Positions 1 through 11,400 of a DNA stretch of 64,000 nucleotides are shown here, in pieces (within the stretch, counting starts at the first letter, position 1; each line of letters opens with the position of its first letter). Below the pieces are notes generated by a model. That model was not told where the DNA came from. It worked only from the letters and a program-made list of their open reading frames with translations, and ran no database searches. Source of the DNA: Podarcis tiliguerta (lineage: Eukaryota); the NCBI GenBank assembly GCA_965153285.1, contig OZ229111.1; one strand, written 5' to 3'. The position numbers and the translations under genes are program-made.

Positions 1-792
1 GCTTTGTGGAGGAAACAGTGGATCAGCAGGTTTGCTCGTTGCCACTTTGGGCCATCTTCCTTATCATTGCTCTGCTCCTCCTGCATCCTAATTTGGGTCT
101 TGGCAGAAGCAGCAGGAGTGGATTTCCAGGCTAGACAGGAGGAGGAAGGTGGTGAGCAGTGGTCCCAACCAGGCAGATTGGGGATATGGCCTTCTACTGC
201 ACATGGGGTACTTCAATCAGCGCTTCATTGGCTAGAGCCTCAATGCACTTATTCAGCTTGATGTTGACAGTTTCACCAAAAAGGTACTTGTGCTCCTTTG
301 AACTTTGCTGTCCTGGCCCTGAGGCTCAAATGTAAAGGCAGTAGAATTGCACTGGATGTGAAATGTGGCACATCTCTTTGCTTGAGGGAGGAAAAATCTG
401 AAAGCTGTAAGCTTCCTGGAACCTATAGCCCAAGATCACTATGATAAGAAACAGCTTTGTACGCCTGGGAGAAAGGCAAACAAAGTGCTGCTACTCAAGA
501 GGAAGCTTCTTCTTACCCTTTTTCTTGCAGAACAGGTGGCCATCACATGCTCTCTCGATTTTATTTCCAGAGGACCATCTCCCCACACCTAGTTGCCAGA
601 GGTGTCGTGGGACTGTGGGTCCAGGTGATCAGGAATCAATACCTTCCACAGCCTTGATATGTCTGTTTTGTAGTTGCACCCATTCTCCTGTATGGCCTTC
701 CTCAACTACTCCTTGAACGTCACCCAGGACTGTACCTTGTGAAGCATGTGGGGTGATTGGGTTGTCAGGTTTGCTTCCTAGCGGTTCTTCTG

Positions 793-1190
793 TTTATTTA
801 AAGTATTTATAAACCATCCTTCCTCCAAAGGAATTCAGGGCAATGTACATCAAACAAAAAAATTGTAATACTAAAAAGAAATAGCAGAAACTCATTAAAA
901 CACCAATTCAAATATTCTTGCTGAGGATTAAATGTCCTCTACAAAACTATGGAAAAATAGAAATGTATTCAGTTGACATCTTTAGGCCAACAATAATGGC
1001 ATACATTTGTAGGAGTCCTACCAAGGAGGCCTTTCTATATACAACCACCCTCCCCAAAATCCAAGTGGGGACTACAAGAAGAACTGCTGCCACCTGATTT
1101 TAAGGAGCAATTTACCTGGTAATGGAAGAGGCACTCCTGCAGGTATTTGGGTCCCAAGCTATTTAGGGCTTTGTGAACCATTGTTAATAC
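793..1190 (-). mobile_element. L2 LINE 3' fragment
   Basis: Reverse complement contains aaagccctaaatagcttgggacccaaatacct (KALNSLGPKY, typical of the L2 ORF2 C-terminus) and an L2-type tail ending in aaataaa. Boundaries approximate. Confidence 0.6.
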
Positions 1191-1667
1191 CTTGATGCAA
1201 ACTCAACTGCACATCTCCCACCTGCTCAATGGACATGGAGATTGCCCTGGGGAGGGGAACCTAGAAGAATGCGTAGTTGCTGTTGATGTGTTCTGCTTCT
1301 CTTATTTTGCAGCAGTCGCCTGTAGTGTAGACAGATACTGCATGGAATGTAGTAGCAACCTTTGAACATCCTCCATCTCTCCCCAACCACACAATCACTT
1401 TGCAGTACTTGCTGTTGAGAAGGTATTTGCCATTGTCATTTAAGTTGGGCTCTCATACAAAGAAGGACACTTGCCAGCCATGCTTGCTGTGCTCCCTAAT
1501 TTGTCAGCATCTAGCGTGGCCGCAGCTGTAGGGGCCACCTTGATGTGAAGAAGTGGATGTGACATTACTTTATTATTGCCAGAAGAAAAGGAAGTGGCCT
1601 TCATAGTTGTGGCAGTGGTGGTTTGTGGCTGCTTCAGAAGGAAATTGTTTTCCAGAACAAGGTGCTT

Positions 1668-1907
1668 GAGCCAGTGTGGTGTAGTGGTTAAGAGTGGTAG
1701 ACTCGTAATCTGGTGAACCGGGTTCGGGTCTCCGCTCTTCCACATGCAGCTGCTGGGTGACCTTGGGCCAGTCACACTTCTCTGAAGTCTCTCAGCCCCA
1801 CTCACCTCACAGAGTGTTTGTTGTGGTGGAGGAAGGGAAAGGAGAATGTTAGCCGCTTTGAGACTCCTTCAGGTAGTGATAAAGCGGGATATCAAATCCA
1901 AACTCTT
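1668..1907 (+). mobile_element. tRNA-derived SINE, Squam3 (Squam3B-like), full length
   Basis: Starts gagccagtgtggtgtagtggttaagag (A box), has B-box-like gggttcgggtc, core gggtgaccttgggccagtcac, and an L2-like 3' end gttagccgctttgagactcc...atcaaatccaaactctt. Confidence 0.85.
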
Positions 1908-4900
1908 CTGCTGTAGAAGATACTGTTCTGTTGTTTTCTGAGTTTTAGATACAACTGGATGTAGAATAGCAGCAGACATTATCTCAATCAGGAACACTTC
2001 AACCATGGCTGATGCCACATCCACATCAAGTGGCTCTTCTAGATCCTCACCTCAAATTTAGTGGAGACTGATTAGAATGTTTCAACCATTCATCTACTGC
2101 CCTTACAGCCCTCCTTTTATTGCAGAACACTGCACAGCTTCAGATGCTGTGCTTGATGCTAGTGGAGTATGGCTGCTGTGGTCTTCTTATTCAGGAGGAC
2201 ACCACTAGTGTAGAAGGGGAGGAGACTCTTAATGCACCTGCACTTCTCCAATGATGCCCTTATATGCTTCATTGAGATTTTGACTGCGTCAGCAAAAAAG
2301 GACAATGAATGATCCAAAAGTTTAACGGATATATTTTCAGTATAAACACACTTCTGTTGTGATTCCTGCAGTGCTGGGCTTGACCATGTCATCTTGGTGG
2401 CTGAGTCATAGTCCAAATGTCACCACCCATGACTTCAAAAAGGACTGGATGCAAATACCTGGGAAATAATGTGTGGTTCTTTTTGAAAATTTGGGATAAC
2501 TCCCATTGAACATGCTGGAACCTAATGGTGTGACTGAGCTGGGCAGGGGTAGAGGGCATCACTATTGTCGATCCCTGAAGATAAAGACTGTTCATACATC
2601 TCCATTTCTCTGCCATCTATAACTTACTTTTTCATATGTTCAAGCAGCCAACAAGATCTCTACCCTTTTCCTGCCATCCCAGGCTGTGCCTCCCAGCCTC
2701 CTATCACACTGTCAAGGGGGGGGGGGAATCATTTCCTTTCTATCTACCTCTCCCATTCTGTGTCTTACACACACAGACTCGACTGACCAATGCATAAACA
2801 TTCTGGATAGTTAAAGACATTGACCTATCAGTACTGCAGCATACATGGTTAAATGAGTCCACCTTGCTGCTGCTGCTGCTCGCCCAAAATAAACATTTCT
2901 ATCTGGATTCTGGGCTCCAAGAGCTGCACATTGGCATAACTGCCTTGACCTCCAAAATAAAACTTGTGCAACTCTTGCTATTCTCTGCACTACCCCAAAC
3001 CAGCCTCAGTCCTTCTAAGTAACTCATTTTCTATATCTGCTCCAGCAGCCAAGATTTCCCCCTCACTTCCACCACCTGTTCCGGGCCACACATCAATAGT
3101 CATAAGCAAGCTGTTCACAATGCATTTTTCAGGTATTATGAATGCCTTGATAGATTATCACAGTAAGAAAATACTGCACACAGATTGGCAAAATGAGTGC
3201 CAAGCACAAGTCAAGCGTTAAAACAAAATCCAGGGAATGCAAATCACAATTCTTATTTGAAAAGGCTTTTTCAAGAGTGGTCTTTGTTTGTGTGCTCTCA
3301 TGCATGTGCGGAGGAAGGAAATGTAAAAACAAATCATCAGATGGTATTGATGATGCAGGGATAGATTTTCAAATAGCAAATCTGCAGCAGTAAAAAAAAA
3401 CTGTATTGAAGATTATACTTGAATACAAATCTTCCTTTTTTGAAATGTCTAATGTACTTTCTTAAAATACTTCTTGAAGCTTATAGCAATGTCAAAACTT
3501 TAGATATCTCATAGAAATAGGAGGCAATATCAAAATCAGAGTAAACCTATTGATTTAAATAAGTCTGCTCTAAGTATGACTAATACCGGATGTCACCCAC
3601 TGTATAGTTTAACTGGAGGCAAGTGAAGAACACGAGACTTATTTGAAATATATTTTCATATTAAAATCATCCTGCTCCGTTTCATTTTTTCCCACTAAAG
3701 GAGCTGATAAAAAATGGAATTTGCAGATGTATTCAAATTACATTTGCTTAGAAATACAAAAGGAATTAAAAAATGTGTGTGTGAAAAACTGACCCAGTAT
3801 CCTCCTGAGTTTTAAATCTACTTTAGATTTTTTTTTAACCTATGTTGAAACACATTCCAAAATAATTCTAAAAGTCATGACACCTGCAAGGATTATTCCA
3901 TTTTTCATAGCTCAATAACTTAAGATGGCAGAAGAGACTAGAGTCAGGCTCTCTGTCCAACACCCTGTAGCCAACTCTACAGCCATGAACTCTAGAGAAA
4001 CCTGCATGTCTGCTTTTTGGCAAGTGGATCTATGGCAAGTGGGGCTATAAAGTCTCTTCTGAATGCCAAAGGACAAGTTGCTACTCCACAACTTCATGGT
4101 GCGATTCTCATGAGGGTCCTTAAGGCATCGCAGCCCAACCTTTCTTAAGATCCTTGCCAGCTCTGTCAGTTTGTGGCCAGTATATTGCACTGCTCTTCCA
4201 CCACCAGAAAAAGCAGCTCTTTTTAGCATCTTGCACTGCAGTGTTTAAAACCATAAGAGAAACACACAGCTAAAAGTTGAATCTCTACTGGCCTCCTAAT
4301 TTAATATACAACAGATGGCTGAACAAAGTTTGGAAAATCATTTGGCAAGACCCTAAGTGAGAAACTGGTGCAAAAGGTTATTGATACAGTAAAGAAGCGA
4401 TGGGAAACCTCATGCCTCTGGGCCAAAATCCAGGCTCCCTATCTGATCCTTAAAGACTCTGCACAGACTCTCTGCTCAGACCATGCTCTTCGCCAGCCAT
4501 ATTCCACCCCACCCCAAAGTGGCTTTGCCTGTTCGGAATGTATCCATCTCTTGGTTGGCTAGATGGAGAGATGGATATGCAGATGTAGAGAAACATCTGA
4601 CTTCTGAATGGCTGGGATACAGCTTAGAGGTACATCTGTTGCTCCACTCACTTTGGTCTCTGGCCCTACCCACCAGTTGCATACAACCCCTGGTTGCCCA
4701 GGAAGGAAGGGGAAATGCCCTATGGATGAAAAAGATTCCTCCGTCCTGTGCTGGAGAATCCAGGTACAAAGTATCTCAAACCAAGGAAGTGTAACCCCAA
4801 TCCCAAGACCCTGACGCAACCCCAAGATCCCTCTGATTTAGCAGCAGCAAAAAGTGGGAGGAAGTAGACCCTGTTTAAACTTCTCCATCGAGCCCAGCAC

Positions 4901-5683
4901 CCCGATGGGAATGGGAATTGCTGCTTCCCCAGTCAATCAGATCAAACATTTGATGAGCATGGAGGGGGCAAGAACCGCGCCTCCTCTGCTGGTCTGCACA
5001 GATCAGCTGAGGAGTGGGAGCTGTGTGTGGCTGGGTCCATTCTGTGTGTGTACATGCAGGTGATGGCATCCATCACTGGCATACAGACCCAGGCGAGTTA
5101 AGCAAGGGTGAAAATGGCCCTCAAGCCAAAGGAGGTTAGCAATCCCTTATCTAATAATCGCACATGTCTTTGTAGAGTGACTACAAAGCACACAAGTAAG
5201 TATCTTAAACGGAACAGTCTATCCCCCCCCCCCGAGTGATACTGCATTTATTAAGGGTTCAGACTAGAATATGAATATTCTGTAACCACAAAAAAGATTA
5301 AAATAGAATCTCAAGCTAAAAGCACAATTGATTTCTGCAAAAGATCTGCACCAGAACTGTGAAAATTGCTGATTCAGCTTGGATGGACTGACAGAAGTCA
5401 GAAATACTTCATTTTTGTTCTGATGCAAAACATGATTCTTCAGTTTGAAAGGGGAAACAGATAAAAGTTACTTACCATGCAAAGCGCTGGCTGTTATCAT
5501 TCTGCGGTCTCTGCATTTGTCATGCGAACCAATAGCCTGCAAAGTTAAGTTTTCTTGGAAAGGAGCAGAAGAACATTTTATGCAACAGAACAACACACAA
5601 TTGTACATGGGATTTTACTCTAACCTATACACAATAGCAACAACATAGTTAGGACCTCCTCACACATTAACATTTTAGGTGTA

Positions 5684-6012
5684 TAGTAATCCCTCGTTTT
5701 ATGTGCATTTGAATTATGCAGTTTCAACAATATGCAGTTGAAGGTGGCCTGGTTGAAATTGCACAAGTCAAGTCACAAGCAAGGTTGAGAGCTTAAAGGT
5801 TCTTTTTGCAACATGCAACCCCAAGCAGACCTGACACAAAAGAGCATTTAAGCTGCCTACCATGCTTTTGTGTGAGTACTTGGATTTCTCTCTCTCTCTC
5901 TGTCTCACCCATTAGCCACAGAGTGGCTCCAAGGGTTTGAGGGTATATGCAATTTTTCATGTATGCATGGAATACTTGAAACTGAGCCTATGCATAAAAT
6001 GAGGGATTACTG
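5684..6012. mobile_element. Tc1/mariner (Tigger-like) MITE
   Basis: Terminal inverted repeats tagtaatccctcgttttatg / cataaaatgagggattactg, flanked by TA on both sides. Confidence 0.75.
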
Positions 6013-6069
6013 TACTTAATAACTGGGTTCTCCCAGACTTGGTACTATCCATGAAGGTGCAAAGAGCAT

Positions 6070-6530
6070 CAGTGACTAGGAGCGCCTTTTATCAATTCTG
6101 GATGATTCACCTGCTGCACCACCATCTTGATAAAGCAGATATTGCCACAATATTTCATCCCCTCATTACAGGCAGACTAGATTACTGATAACACACACTA
6201 TGTGGGGCTGCTTTTGAAAACTATCTGGAAGCTTCAGCTGGTGAAAAATGCATCTGTCCAGGTGCTTGGAATATTTAATTGTGATTCTGTACTGCTATTG
6301 TTATTACTTTTAAAGCTCTAAATGGCTTGGGACCAGGGAGACCCATATGAATTTTCCTGACCTTGAAGACCCAGTGTGAGGGACCACTAGCATGGTCTAT
6401 CAGGCTGGCAGGTACAAACATTTTACTTTAAGGTGGTCAAATAAATAAAAAGAGGTGGCCCAGTTGTTATGGCACTCCCTCCTGTGGGAAGTGTGCTTAT
6501 TGCTGTTTGTGAATGTGAAATTACTTTTTC
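6070..6530 (+). mobile_element. Degenerate L2 LINE ORF2 3' fragment
   Basis: Encodes decayed RLDY..YVGLLLKTIWKLQLVKNA and FKALNGLGPG, matching the better-preserved L2 at 37890-38880. Confidence 0.7.
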
Positions 6531-6852
6531 CCATTATTTTATGATGTGAACTGCCTTGAAAGGGCTATATAGCCCTGAAAGGCATTACACAAATGCCTAC
6601 ATAAATAAAACAAGAAGCAAGAATGTAAACAAATATACATCATACGGGTTAACTCTGTAGCAATCCCGGAGTTTGCCTCCTCAAAATGAATGAAATGGCC
6701 CTCAAAGAGCTTAGAGCAACACACCACCTTCTTTCCAGTGTGTTAATGTTTTTTTATAACGTTTTCTAGAATGTAACTTGCATGTCTCCCTAGTGAAAAA
6801 TGATGTTAAGAAAATGCCTGTTTTGCAATTTCCTGTTAAGGTAAGTGAAACC

Positions 6853-6903
6853 TATATACATATACATATACATATACATATAGACAGATAGATATAGATA
6901 TAT
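6853..6903. repeat. (TATACA)n/(TAGA)n microsatellite
   Basis: Tandem repeat seen directly. Confidence 0.85.
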
Positions 6904-7530
6904 CATTTTGGATGTTTTCCAATATACAAATCTGTTGAACATTTTCATTTCCTCTGTGATTAACAAAACCTAACATTGTATACTGAACGCCTACAAGTGT
7001 CAAAAAGGCCAACAATTAAAAATGGTGAAAAATAGCTTGTTTCCTATATAACAACTCTTCATGTTAAAGGGTACCAAAATGTGATCAGAAAGAAATGGGT
7101 AACATTAGTAAAAGCTTTTTCTACCTATTGTTGAAATACTAAACAACAACAACAACAGCGGTCTTGACTTTCAAACATATTTTAGTTCTGTCTTTCAATA
7201 TTAGGGTTAGTTCAAGAAAAGGGAGAGAGTTTTTGTTTTCTGCCAGATAAAAGGAACCAGAATTTTTAAAATCAGCCTCCACAGCAAAGCTAAACTATAT
7301 GTAGTTCAGGTGATGCTTCAGAAAACACGACTATTTGTTTAATACACTAGCAAAATATTTATTTTTTATAATGACGTAACAGAAGTGAAATATTTCTTTT
7401 TGGTGTGCCACAGTAATTGTAGTTAAAGAAAATAAATGGATTAATGGGCTCTTTATACATTTCAATGACAAAAAAAGGTTAGCATCAAATTTGAACTGTT
7501 CATTTAAACAAGTGTAAAATTTATCATAAC

Positions 7531-7538
<8 letters not shown>

Positions 7539-7570
<32 letters not shown>

Positions 7571-7592
7571 GCACATATTATATATATATATA
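7539..7592. repeat. (CA)n(TA)n microsatellite
   Basis: Dinucleotide runs seen directly. Confidence 0.95.
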
Positions 7593-7684
7593 TTTAAAGA
7601 ATTATAGTTTTAAAATCTATAAAAAGTAAAAAATATACACTCAGATCTAACTCTTATTCAATCTTTAATATAAAACTGTAAACA

Positions 7685-7690
7685 TTTATT
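7685..7690 (-). terminator. MAML1: Candidate MAML1 polyadenylation signal (AATAAA)
   Basis: TTTATT on + strand, ~2.7 kb past the stop in an AT-rich stretch lacking recognisable TEs; an alternative AATAAA lies at 7358-7363. Usage not demonstrable from sequence. Confidence 0.45.
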
Positions 7691-10420
7691 TACACACAAA
7701 AAATGTGTAGTATAGAAAACTGAGCACCCTTTTCGATTCAGTTGTAGGGGGTTTGGAAGGCAGTGGATGTTGAACACCTTTTCACCTGTCCATGACCACA
7801 GTATATAAATAAAGCTGAGGCAGCAGGCTAGGTAAAGCTCAGGGGAGCCACATCTTATTGCTCTAAAGCTGCAGCAAATGCAAAGCTCAAGTGCATATTC
7901 ATTTATGAACTGCTACAAGTGGCTGAAGGGCAGCACTTAGCCCTTCCCCACCCAGCCTCCATACTCAATTATGACTGCCAAAAATATTCTAGGCCATTCT
8001 GCTTAAAACTGTATCTGAACAAAGTTAAAACAACGTATGCCCACAGCTGAAAAAGACATTAGCATTTTACTGGACATCAAAATCTGATTGCCTCATTAGA
8101 AACACAAGGGGTTTCATTTTCTTTTGACCTAAATTATATTTAGGAGATCCAACTAGAATTTAGTATTCTTTAATTCCTTAAAACCTGCTATTTTTCAGTG
8201 TGCCTGAGGGAGAGGAAAAAATCAGCAGAACCCAGACAATTAAAAAACTATGAGGCGCCAAACACCTCCAGTAAGAAAAGGAAGGCACGCTGGTGCAAAA
8301 TTTCCAAACTGTTCATAAGCCAAGTTCAATTTTTTCCATACCTAACCCCTCTCCCTGCCCCTGCATGTGTCCAAAAAACACATTTCTGCCCCTGGCCAAA
8401 AAAAATCTACAGAGATTAAAAGATATTCTGGTGACATTTTGGAGCAATTTTTTTTAATAAACCGAGCTCACAAACAATTTCACTCACTCGCTGACTTGTC
8501 GAAAATATTAGTAAATTTAACTCTAATCTAATTTACTTATAATATCAGCCATACCAATGTTTCATTCATTAAAATGAGCTGCCTCTTAGAAAATGGTGTT
8601 TTAAAAATATACAAATAATGTGATTTGCTTCAGTTTGGACATTCAGCAGTAAAACCATTCATCAACATGCAGCTTCCACAATTTAACCCCCATCAACAGT
8701 CCATCAAGATACAATACAAAAATCTGTTTAGCATGGCATACATAACTACTCATGGGTGGCAAGCATATAAAACAGAACTAATATCCATGTGTAATTTGGG
8801 AAAAGATTAAATAAAAGTAGTGTTAAAGCGGATTTTTTTTTTCCAAAGTGCACATCTGAGAAAAACACTGCAGATACAGTAAAATATTTCCTTCCTATGG
8901 TTCAACTGTTGTATCCCTTATCCGTTTCCCTGTCTAAAATATCCCAAACTCAAATCTTCACACTTTTCTTGTGTAGAGATGCTCCTGAATAGGCCTGAAG
9001 AAAATTCTTTGATTCTCAGTGACAGGTGTGATGAATTAAGGAGGTAAACAGTCCTGTTCGTTAAAGAACAAAACCAGACCCAGAGTAGGGAACAGAGGTA
9101 TCTGTGCATCTAAAACAACTTTCAAATTTATTACCTTTATAAACGAAAGGTTAAGGCAAAAGGTGGTTTGTTGGCAAGTAGAAGAATTTTTGGTAACCTG
9201 TTAAGAACAATTCTCTCTTTTCCTTGCCCTGCATGGGACTGTCCCTACATATGTATGAAGGGGTCTCCATGAACTGTGATGAAATAGCAGCATCTGCTTC
9301 ACTGGAGATTAGTCTACATTTCTAAAGAGATTAAATCATTAAAAAAAATATTCCCCAAAATATGGGGGCTCTCACAATGGAAGAACCTTTAATAAAGTAT
9401 TACGCTTCCTCAGGCTCTCTGTGCCATTATTGCAAAGTTTTTCAGGTTAGTAACAGTTTCCAAGGCACAAAACTTCCTTCACTTGCTTGACCAAAAGTAA
9501 CCGATCCTGCTCTCATTGGTACAGCCTATGTGTGGCAACAAAAGATTGCTAATTATAAATGCCCTCTGAATCCAAGAGAAGAAATAAGCTGTGATCAACC
9601 CAACGTTCTCATGTAATGGATGCTAAAAAGGAGATAGAAAAAGTGCACACTTGATTTTAAGCTGATTCTCCGATTAAAAAAAAAATCATCAAAAAACCAA
9701 GAGCTCAGTCTTCCCCCACAGCAGAGTGCAAATTGCTTAGCTTAGTAAGCCATAAGCTTTTTGAGGATGAGGTCCCCAGTTTAGGGCTCTAGCAACCTAC
9801 TGCTGGACAAGTTTTAACACTCAATGATCTTCAGCACAGAAAGCCATCAGCTATTATTATTGTGAACTCTCATATCTTGCTTGCCAAGTATCACTAGAGA
9901 CTAGAAGAACGACTTCTCAAACTAGAGTAGATTTTGCAAAGAAAGTGTTGCACAATCTTTCCTCAGAAAAAGGTTGCAGAGTGTTAACTTTCACTAGTTT
10001 GCAGGTCAAGTTAGAATCAAGAAACCTGTCAAGTACTAGTTGTAGAAACGATTGCCTTAACACTGAGTATTTTGAGTCTTCCTTGCTGGCTTACTTTGTG
10101 AATCCCCACAGCATGGTTCGCATTTAAACCTTCAACTGAAAAACACTGCTAAAATTGAAACTTCTGAAGGGCTGGCTGGGATGCACACCAAACTGACCAG
10201 GACTGTTTCCATGAGCCGTGTTCCAGACCCACTACAAAAATGAGAATGTTATATCCTATCAAATTGGGGCATACTTCTCACGCTGTTAGACCCAGAAGGG
10301 GGCAGCTCCAATACATTCCCACTAGTGCCTGTGAATTTTCTCAATTCCACAGGTATTTGGTCCAAAGATAGTTGTAATTAAAAATAAAAGATTTGGGGGG
10401 GGGGATCCCCAAACCTCTTT

Positions 10421-11400
10421 TTAATGATTCCCTAACAACTCATCCAAGTCATTCATCCATTCTTCTGAAGTCCTGTTTTTCAACAAAGTGTCTATAAGAT
10501 CTGTATCCCCAGTTAAGTTCGGCAGTCCATTACTACCAGATGGGTTGCTGTAGGCAAAGGGCAGTTCCTGACTGGGTGTCCTCACTGGATAACCTTGACT
10601 ACAATGCAGATTGGCTCTGTTAGGCAGTTGCTGATTTTGATTCTGGCTGAAAGAAGTCATATCTGGGACAGCTTGATTCATGCCTGGCAAGACCTGCTGT
10701 GATGGGACTGCCTGCTGGGTAGGAGGGTTTGTCCTCTGCTGGGCACTTATAGATGACAACATCTGTCCAGAGACAGCAGAGTTCATGGACGTCATTGGCC
10801 TGCTGGTGTTGAGGCTTACCTGAGGCATTCCTTGCGCAAACTGTTGATTGGTCAACTTTAGGTGAGTCTGCTGCATATGGAAAGTGGAGTTGGCAGTAAA
10901 TGTCCCTAAACCACTGTTCCCTTGTGCCTGGTTGTTCATATTTGACATACCTTGGTGCTGCCATGATTGATTTTGGACCCCAATAGATGTTGGCATCCTT
11001 GCCATCTGTGGCTTGGATAAGTTGGGATTCAGTGCTCCTTTACTGTGCTGCTGAGAAATGCTGGCAGTTCCTAGGGTGCTCTGTCCATATCCAGCAGGAA
11101 GAGCAGTGCCCTGTGCCAAACTGGGTTGTCTTTGCATTTGTGGCTGTCCATTGGCACTTGGATTTGCATGCTGTGGAACCATCTGTGTCATACCAGATGC
11201 CATGTTGTACAAGGTACCTCGCTGAATGCTCTGCAAACTAGGATACTGATTTACTCCTCGATCTTGCTGACTGCTGCTTGAGGAGACAGAACTGTGTCCT
11301 GTGCCAATCTGGATCATATTCTGAGTCTGAGAAAACATGCGTGGACTACTGGAGTTAGACTGGCCTAAATTATTTACCCCTGCCATCGCTGGAGATGAGC
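10421..11400 (-). CDS. MAML1: MAML1 coding exon 5 (last; C-terminal acidic activation domain)
   Basis: Acceptor tgtgttatag|GC, phase 1; ends DLIDTLLKNRTSEEWMNDLDELLGNH*, the MAML1 C-terminal motif; 980 nt. Confidence 0.97.

Larger units (their letters stand above)
1..4860 (-). pseudogene. Decayed multi-exon ankyrin-repeat gene (partly ANKS3-like); runs off the window start
   Basis: Hand translation of the minus strand gives colinear ankyrin-like fragments with stops and frameshifts: PLFAAAKSEGSWGCVRVL (4804-4857), GLSRESVQSL..GAWILA (4421-4482), MLKRAAFSGGGRAVQ (4185-4229), KDLKKGWAAM..SHHEVVE (4084-4155), EILAAGADIE (3029-3058), GGQGSYANVQLLE (2915-2953), CDRRLGGTAWDGRKRVEILLAA*TYEK (AG/GT-bounded exon 2628-2708), GEDLEEPLDVDVASAM (2004-2051), MAQSGNEQ/LLIHCFLHK (3-55). 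Family assignment is by eye against the ankyrin consensus, not by search. Confidence 0.65.

Noticed and set aside
1668-1740. tRNA genes (A/B boxes here and at ~47950, ~60680 and ~63440)
   Set aside because: These are tRNA-derived SINE heads followed by SINE bodies and tails, not intact tRNAs.
2890-4610. Plus-strand peptides resembling DBF4 motifs in order (KHFYLD, NAL..KILHTD, FLKI..S..P.Y, YADVEKHLTSE)
   Set aside because: Key DBF4 residues are missing (the ED pair and the zinc-finger Cys/His). Some of these frames mirror the minus-strand ankyrin remnants, which have more motifs and matching splice sites. Treated as coincidence unless a translated search says otherwise.
1-10400. LTC4S, expected downstream of MAML1 from mammalian synteny
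   Set aside because: No LTC4S-like peptide (e.g. FERVYRAQVNCSEY) was seen; it is presumably outside the window.
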